The translations under genes were made by a program, and so were the position numbers. Positions 58,849 through 64,000 of a stretch of DNA of 64,000 bases are shown in pieces. Source of the stretch: an uncultured Desulfospira sp. (GTDB lineage Bacteria; Desulfobacterota; Desulfobacteria; Desulfobacterales; Desulfobacteraceae); the NCBI GenBank assembly GCA_963663165.1, contig OY760175.1, positions 3,936,001 through 4,000,000 on the forward strand, read 5' to 3'. Position 1 is the stretch's first letter, and every line of letters begins with the position of its first letter. The notes under the pieces were generated by a model. The model was not told the DNA's origin and made no database searches. It was given only the letters and a program-made list of their open reading frames with translations.

Positions 58849-60656
58849 ATTCCGGAGCCAAGGCCTGGCTCGCGCTCAGCCGGAATTTAACCCGGCTTTA
58901 CCACGATACACTGCCGGGGGCATTGTTCCCGAATCCCCCGGACGTCAGGTTTCGGCCCAAAGAGAATCGTTGTTCTTGCGGCAGGACTCTTTTTGTCCAG
59001 AAAACCAGACGAAAAACCGTGTTTACCATGAGCGGTCCTTTTAAAGCCCATGAGACCCTGTACCACTGCCGGACATGCCGAAAAGTTTACCGTTCGAAAG
59101 ATTTGCGGAACATCGTTGCCAGATATTGTAATGTGGCATGGGATGTCCTTGTCTTTGTCGGTAAAAGTCTTTACCATCGCTGTCTGACAACTGATGAGGT
59201 CTGCCTTGAACTTATGCTCAAAAATATTGATTTGAGCCCTTCAGAAGTCGAATACCTTGGACGCAAATTCATTCTCTACCTCGCATTGGCGCACCAGCAG
59301 GCCACCCCTCGCATTGAACAGGCCATGAACCGCAGCGGCGGATACATATTGCACCTGGATGCCACCCATGAAGGAGATGCTCCAGTTCTGATGACCGGGA
59401 TGGACGGTCTGAAGCAGATTGTACTGGGCAATGTAAAAATCCCCAGCGAACATACCGACCATATCGTACCTTTCCTTGAGCAACTGCAAAGAAACTACGG
59501 CCCCCCCATTGCCTGTGTCCATGACATGGGGACTGGTATCTGTAAAGCAGTGTCCCTGGTTTTTCCTGGTACCCGAGACTTTGTCTGCCATTTTCATTTT
59601 CTGCGGGATGCTGGAAAGGATCTGCTCGAACCCTCTTACGGTCAATTAAGAAAAACCCTGCAAAAACATGCCGCCACCACCAGGCTGGGTGAAATTATCC
59701 GCGATCTTCACCAACGGATTGATAACCATGCTCTTGATGCGGAGCACCTGACAGCTGCCATTACAGAAGGACATACGTTAGAAACTATGGATCAGACATC
59801 TTCGGCTTCGATCTATTCTCTGTGCCTGTGGTGCCTACAGGGTAAAAAAGAAGGAAACGGATATGGGTTCCCGTTTGATCGACCACTTCTGGCCTTTGCC
59901 CGCAGAATTGCGCAATTGAAAGATTCTCTACCCTCCATTCAAAAAAAGGTCCCCCGGGACAAAGTTGGAGAACGGTTATTTGGCAAGCTCAATAACCTGG
60001 CCAAAAATATCTGTAATGATCCCGATTTCATTCGATCTATTGATGATCTTGAATGGCGGACCCTGCTTTTTGATGACCTCCGGAGAAAAATGCGTATTGC
60101 AGATCCTTCCGGACGGAACGGCTTGAATGATGATGGATCGAACAAATCCATGAACAGTATCCAAAAAGCCGTAGGCCGATTCCGTTCGAGACTTGATAAA
60201 AACACCAAGTACAAAAGAGATCTGCTTTGTCAAAAGTTGGCTAAACAGATCGATAAATACGATGAACGACTGTTTGCAGATCCCATTGAGGTCGACACTC
60301 CGTCCGGAAAAATAACCATCTATCCTCAGCGCACCAACAACCTGTTGGAACAATTTTTTCGGGGGCTGCGCCGTGATCATCGAAGAAAAACCGGTAACAA
60401 CTCAATGCGGCGGATTTTGCATGCAATGCTGGCTGACACGCCCCTGATAAAAAATTTGGGAAATCCTGAGTATATGCACTTGCTTCTGAATGGGAAGAAA
60501 AATCTTGAAGAACTGTTCGCGGACCTCGAAATCGACGGATATGAACCTATTTCTTCAATTTCTCATACCGACCGGGTACTGCCGGGCTTTAGGAAATTGA
60601 TAATAATGGATAATCTGCCGGAAAAAATTCAACTGGCTTTGGAGAAATGTTCATGA
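58845..60656 (+). CDS. OrfB DDE transposase of the nested IS (-1 frame)
   Basis: LHLDAT, VHDMG, CHFH, RTNNLLEQFF; Zn-ribbon CSC...CRTC. Confidence 0.75.
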   Translation: MNSGAKAWLALSRNLTRLYHDTLPGALFPNPPDVRFRPKENRCSCGRTLFVQKTRRKTVFTMSGPFKAHETLYHCRTCRKVYRSKDLRNIVARYCNVAWDVLVFVGKSLYHRCLTTDEVCLELMLKNIDLSPSEVEYLGRKFILYLALAHQQATPRIEQAMNRSGGYILHLDATHEGDAPVLMTGMDGLKQIVLGNVKIPSEHTDHIVPFLEQLQRNYGPPIACVHDMGTGICKAVSLVFPGTRDFVCHFHFLRDAGKDLLEPSYGQLRKTLQKHAATTRLGEIIRDLHQRIDNHALDAEHLTAAITEGHTLETMDQTSSASIYSLCLWCLQGKKEGNGYGFPFDRPLLAFARRIAQLKDSLPSIQKKVPRDKVGERLFGKLNNLAKNICNDPDFIRSIDDLEWRTLLFDDLRRKMRIADPSGRNGLNDDGSNKSMNSIQKAVGRFRSRLDKNTKYKRDLLCQKLAKQIDKYDERLFADPIEVDTPSGKITIYPQRTNNLLEQFFRGLRRDHRRKTGNNSMRRILHAMLADTPLIKNLGNPEYMHLLLNGKKNLEELFADLEIDGYEPISSISHTDRVLPGFRKLIIMDNLPEKIQLALEKCS

Positions 60657-60706
60657 TTCTACAAAATCCAACTGAATTTTGTGGTCATAGAAAATACAGG
60701 AGGACC

Positions 60707-61276
60707 ATGTTTGATCATTCTAAGCACAATTTACCCAAAACTATATCGGAATTAACGCCACCACTAAAGGATTTTCTGAATACCACTCGAAGCAAATTAA
60801 AAGGCCATGAACGGCGCCAATTCATGGCACGCGTTGTCTCCCTTATGGGGCACGGCGGACAACTAAAGGCTGAAAGAGAACTGGGTTGGGATCGGAAAAC
60901 AATAATCAAAGGGCGACGGGAAATAGAAAGCGGAGTTACCTGTGTTGATAATTTTTCCGGACGAGGCCGGAAATCGTGTTTAGAACATTTTCCGAATTTA
61001 AAAGAGGACATAACTCGTATTGTAAACCCTATATGTCAGACTGATCCTACATTCCGTACCCAGAATTTATATTCCCCAATATCTGCGAATGAAGTATTCC
61101 GTCGATTAGTTGACGACATGGGATATGACCCTGAGAATATGCCAACAGTACGGACTCTATCCACCATAATGAATAAATTGGGTTTTAAACTGAAGAAGGT
61201 CGCCAAAGCCAAGGTAAAAAAAAAATTCCTGAAACAGACATCATTTTTGAATATGTGCATAGGACAAACCAACTAG
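60707..61276 (+). CDS. ISAzo13 transposase, N-terminal ORF
   Basis: ERRQFMA, GWDRKTIIKG..E, GRGRK, QTDP; RBS AGGAGG. Confidence 0.8.
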   Translation: MFDHSKHNLPKTISELTPPLKDFLNTTRSKLKGHERRQFMARVVSLMGHGGQLKAERELGWDRKTIIKGRREIESGVTCVDNFSGRGRKSCLEHFPNLKEDITRIVNPICQTDPTFRTQNLYSPISANEVFRRLVDDMGYDPENMPTVRTLSTIMNKLGFKLKKVAKAKVKKKFLKQTSFLNMCIGQTN

Positions 61277-61941
61277 CCGATGAAACAGATGGCGTTTTAC
61301 GTATCTCAATGGACGCAAAAGCCACTATTAAAATAGGGCCTTATTCCCGAGGCGGATATAGTCGTTGCAATCTTAAAGCGGCGGACCATGATTTTAAACC
61401 CGATTCCCTTTTGAAACTTTTCGGTATCAACATACCTGCTCTGGATGAAAATTATATGTACTTCACTGAAAGCAACATCACCTCTGATTTCATGATTGAT
61501 GCGCTGGAATCACTCTGGCCTTCTTTGAACGCAAGATTCGCCCCACATACACTGGTGATCAATCTTGATAATGGGCCGGAAAATAGTAGCCGAAGGAGCC
61601 AATTCATTAGTCGCCTCGTGGACTTTGCCAAATCAGCATTTGTAAATATTAGTTTGGTGTACTATCCCCCGTACCACAGTAAATACAACCCAATAGAGCG
61701 AGTTTGGGGTGTTTTGGAAAATCATTGGAAAGGCGAATTGCTGAACAAAATTGAAAAGGTTCTCGGTCTATGTCGAACAATGACATGGAAAGGAGAAAAT
61801 CCTGTCGTCAAATTAATCAAAGGTGTTTACCCGACAGGGGTACGTTTGGTCAAGTCCGCCGTGAATAATATAGAAAACAAAATTATTCGGATTCCAGGGA
61901 TTGAAAAATGGGCTGTTGATATTCCATGCTATGAGGAATGA
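61255..61941 (+). CDS. ISAzo13 transposase, C-terminal DDE ORF (-1 frame, A10 at 61216-61225)
   Basis: ISMDAK, DHDF, NLDNGPEN, YYPPYHSKYNPIER. Confidence 0.85.
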   Translation: MHRTNQLADETDGVLRISMDAKATIKIGPYSRGGYSRCNLKAADHDFKPDSLLKLFGINIPALDENYMYFTESNITSDFMIDALESLWPSLNARFAPHTLVINLDNGPENSSRRSQFISRLVDFAKSAFVNISLVYYPPYHSKYNPIERVWGVLENHWKGELLNKIEKVLGLCRTMTWKGENPVVKLIKGVYPTGVRLVKSAVNNIENKIIRIPGIEKWAVDIPCYEE

Positions 61942-61972
61942 ATTGTGGGTTTTAATTTTACCACATCCCTTA

Positions 61973-63002
61973 AGAGATCCAGGTGTGACAAGTTTATAAG
62001 CGCATCATTATTTGTGATATAAATTTCCTCAACCCATGCCAGATTGTCCAATCCGGAAAGGGTTTCAAGAAACGGGTTATCTCCTATAGCCAGGCTGCCG
62101 TCAATTTTTGTCAGGCTCTCAAGTCCTTTTAAATCGACAAGATCTGTTTCACATACCGTAAGATAGCCGGTAATTCTCGTGATATCTTTTAATCTTTGGA
62201 TATCCGTCTGATCCCGCACCACATGATCGCCATGATGAACAAAAGGAGATCTCATACAGGCGCTGCCGCCAAAGCTGTAGGCAAAATCTTCAATAATCCC
62301 CATGGATAAATCTTTAGCGAGCATGGCCAGATCCGCCCCGTCCATATCGCCGTCCCCGCCTTCAAAATCACTCTGGCAGACCGGATCGGACTCGATGACT
62401 GTAAAAGACGAGATGTCCGCCCTTACAAATTCATGCTCCCCTCCCTGGGGATAGGATTCAAACCCCAACCCCATAGACCCTGAAAACACAGAAAGATCCG
62501 GCGCATAAGTAATCAGAGAATCATCTTCAAAAGCGTTTCCTGTGGGATCAGACAACACCAGAAGGGTGACAAAATTATCCAGCCTGAAGTCAGACCCGTG
62601 AAGGATACTGTCACCCTTCAACGGATCTCTTAATTTGAGCGCATAGACATCTTCACCATCATCGCTGTTGTTGGTGATTTCGATATCTGCCCGGCCCTTG
62701 CCGGCTGCCGTGTAATCACCGACTTGAACAGATACCTGAATGACCGCATCCTGGTAAACCCCTTTATCCGGATCACGGTATTGAAAATCCGGTATGTCGG
62801 TTTCGATGGTATATTCAAGGTAAAATGGCTCGCCAACGGAAAATTCACATTCAATCCAATTGCTTACATCCACAACGGTTCCCTTGGCCATGTATGTAAC
62901 CTGCCTGGCCCTGACGTCAGGGGCCCCTGAAACAAAGACAATCATGAATATAAGAATAACTGCTGCAAGTCTGTTTTTTATTAAAACCGGTATCATGTCC
63001 AT
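61973..63002 (-). pseudogene. N-terminal part of the secreted protein split by ISAzo13
   Basis: Signal peptide, DFEGGDGDMDGADL loop, start of L-domain repeats; reconstructed gene is 487 aa. Confidence 0.82.
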
Positions 63003-63026
63003 AAGGAATCCCTTCTTTGTTTTTGA

Positions 63027-64000
63027 GTAACTACTCACCCCATAAAAAAATGTAAAAATTTAAAAAAAAGACTTGACAGGTTTTTTGAGGTCAATTTTAA
63101 AATTTTTTAAATGGTCACCAAATCCTTTGTTAAAGCATGCTGGCGCTTATTTATCCAGAAATTTACCGTAAAATCATGACAGATGATGCCGAATACATAG
63201 AAAATCCGCTATAGAGCAAATCTCGAGCCGCCAAAAACCCGTGTTATAATGCTGACATGGCAACGGTAGATAAAAATAGTGTTCGGGAAGAAATAGCCCG
63301 TCTAAAAAAGGATTTTGAAAATCTTTGTGCTGAGGGCAAAGTATCTCCTGAGATGCGGGCTCTGATGAACAGCATGCTCCTTATTGTGGAATTGATACTA
63401 TCTATCTTCCTTGAGAAAAAGACCCGCAAAGATAACAAAAACTCAAGTCTACCGTCTTCACAAACATCTAAGGATGAGACCTCCAAATCAGATCCTGGAA
63501 GTAAAGGAAAGGGCAAAGAGGTCAGCGGTAAGCTTAGCAATGCCCGCACAAAATCAACCGTCACCGTTGCGCAAGCTGTAACATGTAATGTATGTGGTCA
63601 GCCGCTTGATCAAGCACCCTGCCAGGGATATGAGCGGCGTACCAAAATAGATATCATTTTTGAAAAAGTCGTGGATCATGTTGATGCCGAAATCAAAGAG
63701 TGCCCCAACTGTAACACGACGGTCAAAGGACAATTTCCAGAGGATATGCCAGGCCCTCTGCAATATGGGAATGGACTCAAAGCATTTGTCATTCACTTGA
63801 TCATCAGCCAAATGGTTGCACTCAACCGAGTTCAAAAGCAGATTTCTGCAATGATCGGTGTGGTAATTTCAGAAGCAACCCTTCTAAAGTTTGTCTGGCG
63901 ACTTTATCAAGCACTTGAAAGGTGGGAGGTCAAATCGATAGAAGACATTCTTCAGGCCCCATCAATTCATGTTGACGAGACATCCTTTCGGGTGGATCGA
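63027..64000 (+). mobile_element. IS66-family (ISBst12-like) element, left end, truncated by the window edge
   Basis: Starts GTAACTACTCACCCC; transposase follows. Confidence 0.75.
63257..64000 (+). CDS. IS66-family transposase (partial)
   Basis: MATVDKNSVREEI..., KNSSLPSS, CNVC/CPNC Zn ribbon, QYG, HVDETSFRV. Confidence 0.85.
   Translation, partial: MATVDKNSVREEIARLKKDFENLCAEGKVSPEMRALMNSMLLIVELILSIFLEKKTRKDNKNSSLPSSQTSKDETSKSDPGSKGKGKEVSGKLSNARTKSTVTVAQAVTCNVCGQPLDQAPCQGYERRTKIDIIFEKVVDHVDAEIKECPNCNTTVKGQFPEDMPGPLQYGNGLKAFVIHLIISQMVALNRVQKQISAMIGVVISEATLLKFVWRLYQALERWEVKSIEDILQAPSIHVDETSFRVDR

Larger units (their letters stand above)
57935..60690 (+). mobile_element. Nested 2756-bp IS with MULE/IS256-like DDE transposase
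   Basis: TIRs CTATGATCACAAATAACGGTTGGATT / CTATGACCACAAAATTCAGTTGGATT (21/26); 8-bp TSD AAAATACA at 57927-57934 and 60691-60698. Confidence 0.88.
57825..61969 (+). mobile_element. ISAzo13-family IS (1381 bp net) carrying a nested IS
   Basis: Imperfect TIRs sharing GGG...AAAATTAAxAxCCACAATTC; 3-bp TSD TTA at 57822-57824 and 61970-61972. Confidence 0.85.

Overview
Chromosomal window from a GC-moderate sulfate-reducing deltaproteobacterium. Gene content and style suggest Desulfobacteraceae (inference). The left half (1-30.9 kb) is mostly metabolic: a sigma-54 activator with an in-frame 62-bp perfect palindrome, metY-metX-metW, a crotonase whose 3' half is duplicated around a vapBC module, an AAA ATPase plus an exonuclease-RecQ-UvrD fusion running into a ccdB remnant, a TRAP transporter, a CoA-transferase, cooS-cooF-FAD/NAD oxidoreductase, ppk2 and yjbQ. 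The centre (30.9-50.8 kb) holds two tandem islands integrated at the 3' end of a tRNA-Met(CAT) gene, with att copies at about 30946-30981, 38478-38525 and 50700-50747. The distal island carries secreted DUF1566/CTERM proteins, an ISNCY element, alpA and hicAB. The proximal island carries a tyrosine integrase split by a 4.35-kb DDE+AAA transposon with three passenger genes, two divergent serine recombinases, and the most unusual module here: RNase HI, a T3/T7-promoter-like site, a decamer tandem array, and a small family-A/T7-type polymerase-like protein. The right part has housekeeping genes (hpt, dnaJ-like, mnmG, radical SAM), a secreted protein gene split by an ISAzo13 that itself contains a nested IS, and the start of an IS66. 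No CRISPR array or rRNA was seen. All family calls come from motif recognition by eye, not database searches.
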